Part shown: in pieces, positions 36,702-47,815 of the stretch
Layout of the letters: each line of letters begins with the position of its first letter
How positions within the stretch are numbered: the stretch's first letter is position 1
DNA from: Camelus ferus
Lineage: Eukaryota
Assembly (NCBI RefSeq): GCF_009834535.1
Contig: NC_045707.1
Span: 50,160,001-50,224,000 of the forward strand
Direction of reading: 5' to 3'
Length of the DNA stretch: 64,000 nucleotides
The notes under the pieces: model-generated
What the model was told of the DNA's origin: nothing
The model's input: the letters and a program-made list of their open reading frames with translations, nothing else
The model's database searches: none
Made by a program: the position numbers and the translations under genes

Positions 36702-39700
36702 CTTATTTAAGAAAATTGAATTCCTCTTAAAGAATGAAGCCATAGAGCACAGCTTGCTGAAGTGTAAGATTTGGATATTCATGAACAGTCACAAAGAGGG
36801 GGCACCAGAATAACAAGGTGACTGTCAGTGTTAGCCTCTCCTTCCCTGTGGGCATCTTCTGCTCAATAATACTTAGACACGCCAAGGAGAAAGTAGAGCT
36901 AATTCTTCAGGTTGGTAAGTGTCTGACAGTTGTACCTGCAAATTATCCTACTGTTGGAACAACAAATAAATCAGGAATGGTGTCTCCCCTTTCCTTTCTC
37001 CTGTACAGGGCAAGGCATAGCTAAGCTTTCTCACTGAGCCTGGATGCGGTTACCATTTCACGCTGGCTCTTGAAGCACTGTCACTCGGGTTCTTATGTGC
37101 TTCGCACTTAACTGGTTTAGAATGTGGGCCAGAAACCCCTACTGGACTTGATGTTGAGGTTATTTTGAACAGTTTTCTTTCTAGGTGAAGGCTTAATAGC
37201 CTGTCATTTTCCTGGGAACATCCCTCTCCTAGTCCTGAGTGTCTAAATACACAAGTCAAAATAAAAGTAAAGGGCAGGTGTAGGAAATCAAAAGAACAAG
37301 ATCATACCTACATTACGAGCCCTTTTTGAATGAGCTTAGTCCCTTTATCTATAGGAGGGGAGAAAGATGGGCATACCACCCACACAGTCCATGTGAGATG
37401 CCAGTTGGATTGTTTGGTAGGAGGCAAGTGCCCTGATTCTCTGCAATCATATCAAGCTGTACAGAGTGACTTTTAGCAACTAAACATGTATGAAAGGCAA
37501 ACAGTAACAGTGCAGAAAAATACTGAAGTCAGTCTCCCATGTGGGTGCCCTAAGTCAGCTGAAGCTCCGAAAGGAGAAGTGGGTTGCAGTTCAACTTGGC
37601 TCCTGTTAATCCAGTTCTGAACGGTTTCCGCTCCTGGCATTCCCTAAACTGCCTCTTCAAAGTAGGGATTTGCAAGCAGCCTTAGCAATTTCCTGTCCAG
37701 CTGCAGCTCAAGTAGCTATGTGCTTCCCCCCGCCCCCAACCCGCCGCCCCTTTTCTCTGATTTCTCTCTCTTTTCTTTTTCCTTCTTTTTTCTTTAATAT
37801 GGGCGGTGGATAATTTTAGTGCATTTCCTCTTTGTGGATTCTCATCTCCTTTCCTCCTAGAACCTGCAGGCAGCGAGTTCCTACCGCTCTGCTCCAGCCG
37901 ACAGCTGGCCTCCCCAGCACTTCCTCTCGCTCCACTGTGGGTTTGTTGTTTGTCAGTCCACTTCTGAAATTAATAATGTTTTCTGGCCAAGTGCCATAAG
38001 CCATTACCACAAAGGGGAAGTAACACATATGAATAGCAGGAAGCCACGCAGGGTCACAGTGTGCGCTGAACCTGCGGAGGGAGCATAATTGAGCCTGGCC
38101 CATTCAGCAAGTGTCTGCCAGTGGCTAGGGGAGCAGGAGCTCCCAGCATTTCAGCAGCTCAAGCTGTGAAAAAAAATTGTTTCCAATAAATTGGTAGCAA
38201 ATGGTCTTTGTCATCAATCTGAATAAAACAGGGAGCAAGCAGAGTTTAGGGCCCCCATAAAGTTGCCATGTTTGGGATTGCTCCCCCCTCCCCACCGCCA
38301 ACCTGGCGTCTTGTTTCATAAGACTGGTGAACAGAGGGGTGCCGCCTCCCCTCTGTTGCCACAAAGGGACTCATGATGAAATGGGGGAGGAGGGGGGTTA
38401 TGGTTCACACAGGCCAGAAGATTCAAAGAGCGATTCTCTGTCTTTCCTTTTCTTCTATGGAAGGTGAAAGGTTGTAACTGACAGCATGGGCCCCCACCTA
38501 GCCCTGCGCCTCCCTTTCTCCCCACTATTCCTCTCCATTCCTTTGGTTCCTTTGTGCTCGAAGGATCCAGGGGAAGGCGATCATTTTGCATCTTGGAGTT
38601 GGGCTCACTTCCTGAATGGAGCCCTGCACGGTTACTAGGGCAACCTTTGCCAGCAGCTGCGGCTCCCCGGCCTCCCTCCTTACCTGCTGTCCCCATTAGT
38701 GGCTTCCTCAGGTCTCTGAGAAAGTGTTACCTTTCCTGGCTTTCTGCATGGGGCTGGGGGGGTGCGGGTGGATCTTTCCAAGCTGCCGATTTTGGGGGGC
38801 TGCAAGAGACAGAAAAATGTGCAGCTTAGTAGTAGAAACTGGTCTTAGAGTTAAAATCAGACTGAGAAAGGGTTATCTGGGGATAGAAATACCAGCACAG
38901 CCTTCAAAGCAGTGGAAACGGAGACCCAACAATTAGAAGACCTGAATGCTAACTCTCACTCATGAATCAGATAGCCCTGGGCAAGTCACTGGACCTCACA
39001 GAGTTGCTTTTTTCTTTGTCTGTAAAATGAGGGAGTTTTTACTTTTCCCTCTAGGATTCCTTTATAATTCTAGCATTCTGGTACACAGTACTAGATGACA
39101 AAATGATGCAGATCAGGGGAAACAAATAATATTTATTAAGGGTGTTACATACTGTAGTTCATGTACAATATTCTCTCATTTGATCTCAAAGTGATTCTGA
39201 GAGAGGTCCTATTATTATCCTTATTTTTCAATAAGGAAATTGAGGCAGAGAGACGCCAGCAGTGCTTAAAGTCACCTCGCGGGAACTGGCAGAACTGAGC
39301 TTTGAAGCTTTTAGCTCTTGTGGTAAACTGCTTGTCATCTGCATTTGCTTGTCTCTATAAAGTCCCGTGAGGCTGGCCAGGAAGTGGTGACCCCATTTTA
39401 CAGCCGAGGAAGTGGAGGAAGCAGAGGTTAAGTGACCTGCCAAATCAAACCCAAATTCAACAGCCAAATCAAAAGAGAGCCAGAGGACCCCGGCTAATGT
39501 GTTATCAGGAGAGGTATCCTGTCTGTGTAGAAGCTTCCATCCTCCCTCTCCATGGGGAAGTTGCCCTATCTTGGGCCCGTGAGCACATCAATTACAAAAC
39601 TGATTTTCCTAAGGATCTCGAGAGTGGCTACTGGCTGTCCAGCCGGCCTTGATCCCTGACAGTCCTGCTCTTGCAGGATCACACAGGTGAACCAGAGGTC

Positions 39701-40829
39701 GTTTCTTCACCCTGATCCCTCTTGGAGGGAAGCTGGGGAGGGGGAGGAGAGATACAGAGAGAGACAGAGACAGGGGGAGAACACAAAGGGCTGCAGAATA
39801 AGAGAGGCAGATTAGAAAATAGTGCAGATGTGGAACACAACAAGGGCAGGCCACGTAGCACCTGGCTGTAAGTAAATATTCTTGAAACATCATCTTAAAA
39901 AATCAGTCTTCAGACTTTAAACTGCTTCAAAACGATCACTCTGGGTGTAAATTAAATGCAGTTCCTCACACAGTAATAATCATTTCCCAGAACGTTCTAC
40001 AGTCTTTCAAACACCCTTACTCTTCTTGTGTTCCTATCTCAGTTGGCCCTGAATCAGTCCAATTTTGGTGACAGAAACTTCAAACTTCTTTAAAGTCCAA
40101 AACTGATTTCCTAAGAGTATTTAAGGGCACAGAACAAAGTTCAAACAATTCACAAATATTTATCCAGGCCTTGATCTGTGTTGCACAGAGTCCATGAAAC
40201 AAGGTTAAAATAAAAGGCAACCGAAGACTTAACAAGTCCTCAAAAGCTAATGAAGGCAAAGTCATGTCTCGAAGTGTTAACTGCTCAATCTTTCTGCTAG
40301 TGCCCCAAATCAAAGCGGAAGCCCCAAGGAACTATGGTGCAAGTCCTTGTTTGACTGTATCTGCTGCAACGGTCAAAATAGCATTCTAGATCCTGTATTT
40401 TATTTTTTATATGGGAATGGACGAATAACCCACATGTATGCAGTTTGGCCTACCCACTTCCCTATTTTGTCATGGTAAATACCTTTAGAGACTCTGTGCA
40501 GTCTTTGTTTCAGACCACCGTACCTCCACAAATGAACTCTCAGACACACAATGGAAAAGAGAAGAAATGTACATTAAATGATAATGACACCTAAAAAGCA
40601 ACAAGCCAAAAAAAAAAAAAAGTTGCTTCTTCTAAGCGAGATTTCTTCTTTTCCTGTGTTTGGAGACAAAGTAAGTATTCATTACATTAAAAATTTTTCA
40701 TGAGGTCTACCTTAACTCCTATTGCAAATACTACCAGGAGAAGGAAGAAAGAGAGGAAGGCACAGAAAGGGGTCTTTGGGAGCACAGAACTCCAAGGACA
40801 GTTGTAGCAGGAATGTCCCTTTATCTTAT

Positions 40830-41315
40830 GCTCTGGTTATTATTGCTACCTAACAAACCACCCCTAAACTTAGTGGGTTCAAACAACAATCATTAATTTT
40901 GTTCATGGGTCTGCATCTGGGCAGATCTCAGCAGGGAAGGTTGGTGGCTGCTCATTGCGGGATCAGCTGGGTAGCCCAAATCCTCATTTCCGAGATGGCT
41001 CACTCACATGGCTGGCAATTGGTTCTGGTTCTCAGCTGGGAGCTCAGCCAAAGGCTGGCACCAGGGAGTTTGATTCTCCCTCATGTGGCCTGAAATTCTC
41101 TCACAGTGTGGTACCTGAGATCCATGGGTGAAACCCCAGCTGACAGTCAGGTGGAAACAGTGACTTTTAGGACTTAGGCTCAGAAGTCACTTCCTCTGCA
41201 CACAAAGACCTACCAAGGTTCAAAGAGAGGAGATGAAGGAGGGGCAAGATTCTGGGAGAGCATGTGCGATGGGAAATATGATCACAACCATTTTTGGAAA
41301 AGAGAGCCTGCCATG
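40830..41315. mobile_element. MaLR solo LTR (MLT1-like)
   Basis: tattgctacctaacaaaccacccctaaacttagtgggttcaaacaacaatcatt...ggctcactcacatggctggca... Confidence 0.65.
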
Positions 41316-41619
41316 TCTTACATGGAAGCTGCTTCCCCATGAATGTGGGACTCTAAGAAATAATAATAAGCCCTCAAATTAGTCTCATGGCCTCATCTTG
41401 AAAACATCATAGTTGTCAACAATGCTGCAATCATTCTTTTAATCTAACTCTCTTTTTGTCTGTCTCTAATGTTCATGACAGAGTAATACCATCAAAACAA
41501 TCACAAAGATTGGCCCATGAAATAAAAGATAAAATAGTTCTACAAAAGAATATTAATGTTTCCATTTGGGTAGAGAAAAATGTTATGCTTGTGACAGAAC
41601 CCCCCAAGTTACTGAGTAT

Positions 41620-42350
41620 AGTGATAGCACATTATTTCCATGCAAAATAGTATTCAATTATATTTCATAGTGTTCCATTGCAGGAGACCATCTTCCATGG
41701 ATGGACAGTTGGGATTTTTCCAGTTTTAACTATTATGAACAATACTGCTAAGAATACTTCTGTTCACATTAACCTGATAGCCATGTGCACGTTTCCCTGG
41801 GGATACAAGAGAATGGAATAGGTATAGGCTGGGTACCTCCCCGATTTACACAACGACAAATTGTTTTCAAAGTGCTTGTACCAATTTATATTACCACCAA
41901 CAGTGTTTGAGTTTTCATATTGTACACTTGATATTGTCAGACTTTTTAAGTTTTTGCTTATCTGGAAGGTAAGTGATTGATAATGATTTGATGACTTATT
42001 ATGATTTTACTTTTTGGTATTCTGATTCCTAATGAGGTGGAGCGTTTGCCTGGTGTTGATGGACCAAAGGATATTTTATTTTGCAAAGTGCCCATTCAGA
42101 TCTCTTGCTGAGTTGTCAGCTGGGTTACTTCCGTGGTTTTTTTTTTTTTTTTTAAATTATTTATTTATTTTAAATTTTAATTTAATTTTTTTTTAATAGA
42201 GGTACTGGGGATTGAACCCAGGACCTTGTACATGCTAAGCATGCACTCTACCACTGATCTATACCCTCCCCCATTTTTTCTTTAATCGATATAAGGAGTG
42301 CTTGGATATCCTAAATGCTAGTCCTTTATTGATTTTATATATTAAAAATA
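41620..42350 (-). mobile_element. Ancient degraded LINE-1 fragment interrupted by a SINE
   Basis: Diverged antisense L1 motifs (caaattgttttcaaagtgcttgtaccaatttata...); SINE inserted at 42137-42272. Confidence 0.6.
42137..42272 (-). mobile_element. tRNA-derived SINE (camelid Vic-1-like)
   Basis: Reverse complement GGGGGAGGGTATAGATCAGTGGTAGAGTGCATGCTTAGCATGTACAAGGTCCTGGGTTCAATCCCCAGTACCTCT plus A-rich tail. Confidence 0.85.
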
Positions 42351-42944
42351 TCAGTGCAGTGCTTTTCAAACTTTGTTCCTCTGGTCCTCCTCAGGGAAGG
42401 GCATAGGTGCATATGGGGGCAGATTCTACACTCTATAACTCTAAAAAGTGCCAGAGAGGTAATAACAAAAATGGCAGTGGCCGACCTGCATGACCTTACA
42501 CGGAGCACTTAGGGCATCAAGGGATTTGTGGCTAAAAATGTTTGAAAACCACTGAATCTATTTAACAAACATGGAAACAGTCAGAGAGATTGAGTTGAAA
42601 GACAATTATCTAGACTTAAGTGGGGCTGGTCGAGAAGCATTTTAAGAGGTACTAAATCTTGCACCAAATTTTGAAGAGGGGTGTTTTTTCCACAGACATG
42701 TGAAAAGGATGCTAATTATGCTTAGATTTGGGAGTAGAAAAAGCCAACTTCTTTGTAAGGCACAGCAAAAATATTTTTCAAGTTGTAAAACAGACAGCAA
42801 AAATCAGGATACCTGGAGATATGGGGGATGAAATTGAACGAGAGTTTGCAGACTGTAGAAAAAACTGCAGTTTTTGGTTGGCTTAGCCTCCCTTCCTAGT
42901 TGCATCTTGAATTGGAAAACCTCCAGTGCTTTCCCCCTTGTGTG

Positions 42945-43482
42945 TACGACCTTATTCTCAGTTAGTTTGCTAGAGCAGCTCACAGAACTCGGGACAACAC
43001 TTAACTTACATTTACTAGTTTCTTAAAGGATATGATTAAAGACTACAGATGCACAGTTAGATGAAGAGACACATAGGGTGAGACTTTATGTTTTCCAGTG
43101 CAGAAGCTTCTGTCTCTGTAGAGTTAAGGTGTGTCACCCTTCCAGGAAGGATGTGTTCACCAAACTGGAAGTTCTTGGAACCCCATACTATTGGAATCTT
43201 TATAGAGGCTTCATCATATAGGCATGATCGAACATTAACTCCCTTTTCAGCCCTTTTCCATTCTCAAGGTAATGAGGGGCAGGGCAGAAAATTCCAAGCT
43301 TCTAATCATGGCTTGTTCTTTCTGGTGATCAACTCTCATCCAGAGCCCACCCAGAGTCACCTCATTAGAACAAAAGACACTCTTATTGCCCAGGAAATGA
43401 CAAGGGTTTCAGGAGCCTCATGTCAGGAACTGGGGACAGAAACCAATATATATATTTCTTATTATAAATCACAATATCACAC
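42945..43482. mobile_element. Solo LTR, MER21-like (ERVL)
   Basis: ttgctagagcagctcacagaactc...gatgaagagacacataggg...cagaagcttctgtc...agagtcacctcattagaacaaaagac...atcacaatatcaca. Confidence 0.65.
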
Positions 43483-43501
43483 ATCTAGTTACAGAATTCT
43501 A

Positions 43502-44130
43502 CTGTATCAGGGAGAATTAGGTTCAGAGGCCTATAACAGAGAACAAAAACTAAAAATCATCAAAACTCACGAGGGTTTATTCTCTTCTGTAAAAGTCAGG
43601 AGGTGGGAAATCCTGACCTGGTAAGACCACGTCGGGGGATTATTTGAGACTCAGGCTAATTCTAGCTTTGATCCCCACGGTCACAAGGTGGCGGCTCCGT
43701 GCTTGCCATCATATTCACATTCCAGTCAGGAGGAAGGAGGAGGGAGGGAAGGGAAAAGAGTGCACTTCCCTGCAAAGTCAGTTCCCTTAAAGAAGCTTCC
43801 AGGAAATCCTGTACCAGACTTGTATTCTATGAACTCAATGGTCAGAATTAGCCACATGGCCATAGCTAGAGAGACTGGGGAATACAGACTTTTAGCTGGG
43901 CATGTGCTTCCCCTAATATAATTGAGGTTCTGCTACTTGGGAAAAAGAGAAGACTGAATGTGAGTCACCCACTTTCTTTCCTGGAGAACACCCTATCCCC
44001 ACTATAGAGGCAGGTACCTGACCCAGGCCAGGGCAAGAAGAGGGTCTCCTCATTTTCCCATCTCAGTAATTGGCTCAGGGATAAGACATGATTCAAGTTC
44101 AACCAAGCCAATAACACTCTGGATTTTGGA
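43502..44130. mobile_element. MaLR LTR fragments (MLT1-like)
   Basis: tgtatcagg...aggttcagaggcctataacagag...tggtcagaattagccacatggcc...gactggggaat. Confidence 0.5.
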
Positions 44131-44149
44131 AAGGATTTTTTCTTAGGGT

Positions 44150-44262
44150 TGCTAAGCCCTAGACCTACTGAGTTAGAATCACTGGACATGAGGCCCGGCA
44201 ATCTGCTTTTTAATAAAAGGTCCACAGGTGATTCTTTTGATTGGCTAATTTGGGAACTACCA
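44150..44262. mobile_element. MER5A-like hAT-Charlie relic (half)
   Basis: agacctactgagttagaatc...gcccggcaatctgctttttaataa...caggtgattct...ttgggaactac. Confidence 0.6.
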
Positions 44263-45639
44263 CGTAAGCCATAAATATGAAGCCAGTTAATTTAATCTAG
44301 CATCTCCTCTCTCAGGAGCTTCACAGAACAGCATAAAAGGGAGCTTACAAGGTGTCTTTCATAACATGGGCATCAAAAGTGTATAGTTTAGCTGTAACTG
44401 CACCATAAGCTATTATGAGCTCACTACTGTAGACTCTCTGAGAGTTACAATTTTTTTCTAGTTTATTACCTACTCTATAGAGTAGTATTTGAAAATATAA
44501 ATTGTCCTAAAAATACTTTATTTTAATTTCACCAGGACTTCTAGGTCTGCTTTGCTGGGACTGTGTTCACTCTATCAGAACCCTCTGTGATTTTAGACTC
44601 TGACCCACCAACTCTCATATTTTGTCTTTTCAGGCTGATGTGTTTTAAAGTCTCTCTGATTTCTTCAGAAACCCTAATAAGTGACCTTCTTTGGATACAT
44701 TCCAGTTTCATTATGACATTTTTGAGGTTTAATGACTGGAACTCGACCCGGTATTTCTGAAGCAGACGAATTCTGGTGTCTCAGTGTGCGTGTGTGTGCG
44801 CGTGTGTGCATGTGTGCGAGCGCTCACGAGACTGTGCTTTCTGTTTTGTTTTTAACATCCTTCCTGATGATGCTTGCTTTTGTGACTGCGACAATACTTT
44901 GGACCGCCTTCTTCAGGGAATGCTCTGCAATGATGCCATCATCCTTTTCCTGGATCACGTCTGCACTTGGAGGCCTTGGTCTCCCGAGAACAAAGTGGGC
45001 TCCCTTTTCCTGTGGGCATTACGTGCAGCTGCCTCCCCTGAGTGTCAGTGTTCTCTGCCCACTCACACAGCTGTGGGAGAGCTTCCCAGTGTTTATTCGT
45101 GTCACGTTGGTGTTTCAATTATCAGAAAATCTTGGTGTCATTTATCAATCTGAGATTTCACTTTATGGATGTCTACATCGCTTCTGGAAAATGATAAGCA
45201 AGACCAGTCCATATACAGATTCGTGAAACACACAATTTTTAATATGTCCTCAAACAGAAGATTAATCATCCCTTTAACGTGCTCCTATAATACGCATCAG
45301 CAATCCACAAATAATAATAGAATCTGATTAAAAAATAGTGAGCCTCCTATGAAAATATAGCTTTATGATAATTAAAAAAAATCTTTGCTCCCTGCAACCA
45401 CAATTCCAGTGAAATTGCTCTTCCCAAATTCTTCTCATAAGGACATTTTGGAATTGCCACTAATTTTTACCCAAAGTTTCACATTCTTAAGGCCCTTCTA
45501 ATTCCTTGACAAAATCAATCAAAAGTTAAAATGTGTTGTTTTTTTTTAAAAAGAGATGCTGGCTGAGTGGACCATAGGATATCTCAGTTCAGATCCCGTT
45601 CTCAGCCGTGGGATGAAAATTACAGGCTCGGTCAGTGGA

Positions 45640-45820
45640 TCCAATCCTCCCAGCTGAGACTCCAGCTCTTTCACTTATTAGCCACGTGACCTTGAACAGG
45701 TTACTTAGTCTCTCTGAGCATTGCATTTCCTCATCTGAACAGTGGGAATAATAGTAACACTTAGCTGGTAGAGTGGTTGTGAGCACCGAATGAGACAGCA
45801 GATGTAAAGCACCTAGTACG
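45640..45820 (+). mobile_element. MIR SINE
   Basis: cacttattagccacgtgaccttgaacaggttactt...tttcctcatctg. Confidence 0.7.
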
Positions 45821-46039
45821 AAAAAATTATGATAGTAAGGCTCTGGGGAGTGGAATTATGGTATATAATTATTCATTCATTTATTTATTTATTCAGTAAT
45901 AGACATCCTACTGTGTTCAAGAAATGTTCTGGGGCTATTAAAAGATAATAACTTAGATACAAATCTTGACCCTTAAGCCTTGAAATGAAACTAATAATGA
46001 ACATAAATCATTATGGGGTATAGAGTGACAAACAGAATA

Positions 46040-46270
46040 AAGTTAAGAACATAGATTCTGGATTTAGACTGCTGTAGGTTCAAATATTAGCTTTATTCCT
46101 AACTACCTGTATAACCTTAGACTAGTTGCTTAAACTCATTAAATTTTCCCTCTTCTTATCTGGGGAAAAAAAGATGGAGATAATAAAAGTATTTACCTCA
46201 AGGTGTTGTTATCAGGATCCAATGAGAAAATGTATGTAAAGTACTTAGCACTTTTCCTGGTGCATAGAAA
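46040..46270 (+). mobile_element. MIR SINE
   Basis: gttaagaacatagattctgg...ggttcaaat...tttacctca...atgtaaagtacttagcac. Confidence 0.7.
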
Positions 46271-47149
46271 CTACTGTCACCTATGTCCATAAAACAGATC
46301 CAGAAGAGGTACTACAGGAATTCAGAATAGGGAAATGCTTTTTATTCTTTGGAGAAGGGAAGGGTCATGGAAGACTTCCTGCAAGTGGCTGCTAAATCTC
46401 AAAGCCAATTTATAAATTTACCAAAGTATGCACATTGAGCTATTACCATGAGCCTAGTCCAGCTACCCCATCAGGGAGATTTCATAGTGATATTAAATTC
46501 CCATCTTTCAGATGAGAACACAGAAATTCAGAGAGTTTAAAATAAGTAAATTGTTTGACTCTGAAGCCCAGGTTTTTAACAGCTGCTTTTTCCTCCTTTT
46601 CAGTGATGTGGATACTGCCTGCCCTTCCCAGGATGGATGAGGACCCCGGGACAGCTGAATTCCTCATTGCAAGACTGCTGACGAGCATGGAATCACAGTC
46701 AAGAGAGTTTGTAGCATACTTCATCCAGGTTATATTAGTGTCAAGACAAATATTCTTGCTCTGTGGTAAAACAATCCCAAACCAACCCAACCCATACCTT
46801 TCAGTCACTGGAATGTTCAAGTCTCTTGGAGGATGCTGAGTAATCCTGACAAAGTTTTATCCTCCGGCTTTCTTGTCCTTGTCTTTCTTTCAGGAACTCC
46901 AACACCTTCCACGTTGTTAGTCAAGCTATAAACTACAGCTAATTCAAAAACAAATTAGTTACATTACTCACAGATTACTCCTTGTTCTACCCTAATCCCC
47001 TGATGAGAGGCAGGAAGCTCTCCAGTTCCACTAATAGTATACTGACGGGTCATTTTCTGATAGTGAGAACAGAATCTACATTTTTGGAGCCCTTTTTTAG
47101 AGCCAGATGGATGCTCTATGCAGACTGTCTCCTCTGATCTTACTCTCAT

Positions 47150-47375
47150 ATAGGAGTTAAGTACAGGGCTCTGGAGCTAAACTGCTGGGGTCAAATCCTG
47201 ACTCCATCACTTACTAGCTGTCTGGCTTAAAGCAAACTGGTTAACCTCTCTATGCCTCAGTTTTCTTATCTGGAAAATGAAAATATTGTAGGGCCATAGT
47301 GGGAAACAAATTAATTAATATACTTGATTTTGGACAGTATCTTTTTCACTTTAAGTAATTAATACATGTTAGCTC
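47150..47375 (+). mobile_element. MIR SINE
   Basis: gggctctggagc...caaatcctgactccatcacttactagctgt...aacctctctatgcctcagtttt. Confidence 0.8.
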
Positions 47376-47377
47376 TT

Positions 47378-47815
47378 TTGGGGAGGAAAAACTTTTCCTC
47401 TAAACTCTTAGGTTCAATGCTTGGAGACCTGTGGATCAAACTGACAAAAGATGGATTGGCAAGAGAAAAGACAAACTTTTATTCACATAGGTTTTCAGGA
47501 GTTTATAGGAAAATATGACTCAAGGAGGTGGTTAGAATTTAGGGCTTAATACTACCTTAAGAGATGAAGGGGAGGGGGAGAAGGGCACTTACGGGAAAAC
47601 AAATGACTTTTAGGAAAGATAAATGGGCCCTTAGGAGATGTGGTGGTTTTGTGACAATGTCTGTTAACGTGATTTCCTCTCCTAGTGCTGACTTCTCTCC
47701 AGGGATAGAATCAATCTTCCCTGGTTGTGAATCTTCTGGGCAGGGCATTTATGACAATTGAATTCTTTTGGGAGGATCTACTTTAAGGCAGATAAAGGGA
47801 GTTTAGGAAAAAAAA
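47378..47815. mobile_element. ERV1-class related fragment (family uncertain)
   Basis: ggggaggaaaaacttttcctct...actgacaaaaga...ggaggtggttagaatt resembles ERV1-group sequences; lies between two MIR fragments. Confidence 0.4.

Noticed and set aside
43088..43624. 178-aa ORF
   Set aside because: Lies within LTR relics; no protein-family features
44732..45226. 164-aa hydrophobic ORF
   Set aside because: Composition driven by a (GT/GC)n tract and T-rich sequence; no supporting gene structure
47589..47616. Tandem GAS/STAT-like words TTACGGGAA and TTTTAGGAA in the ERV-like fragment
   Set aside because: Both deviate from TTCN3GAA, and I could not match the element to MER41
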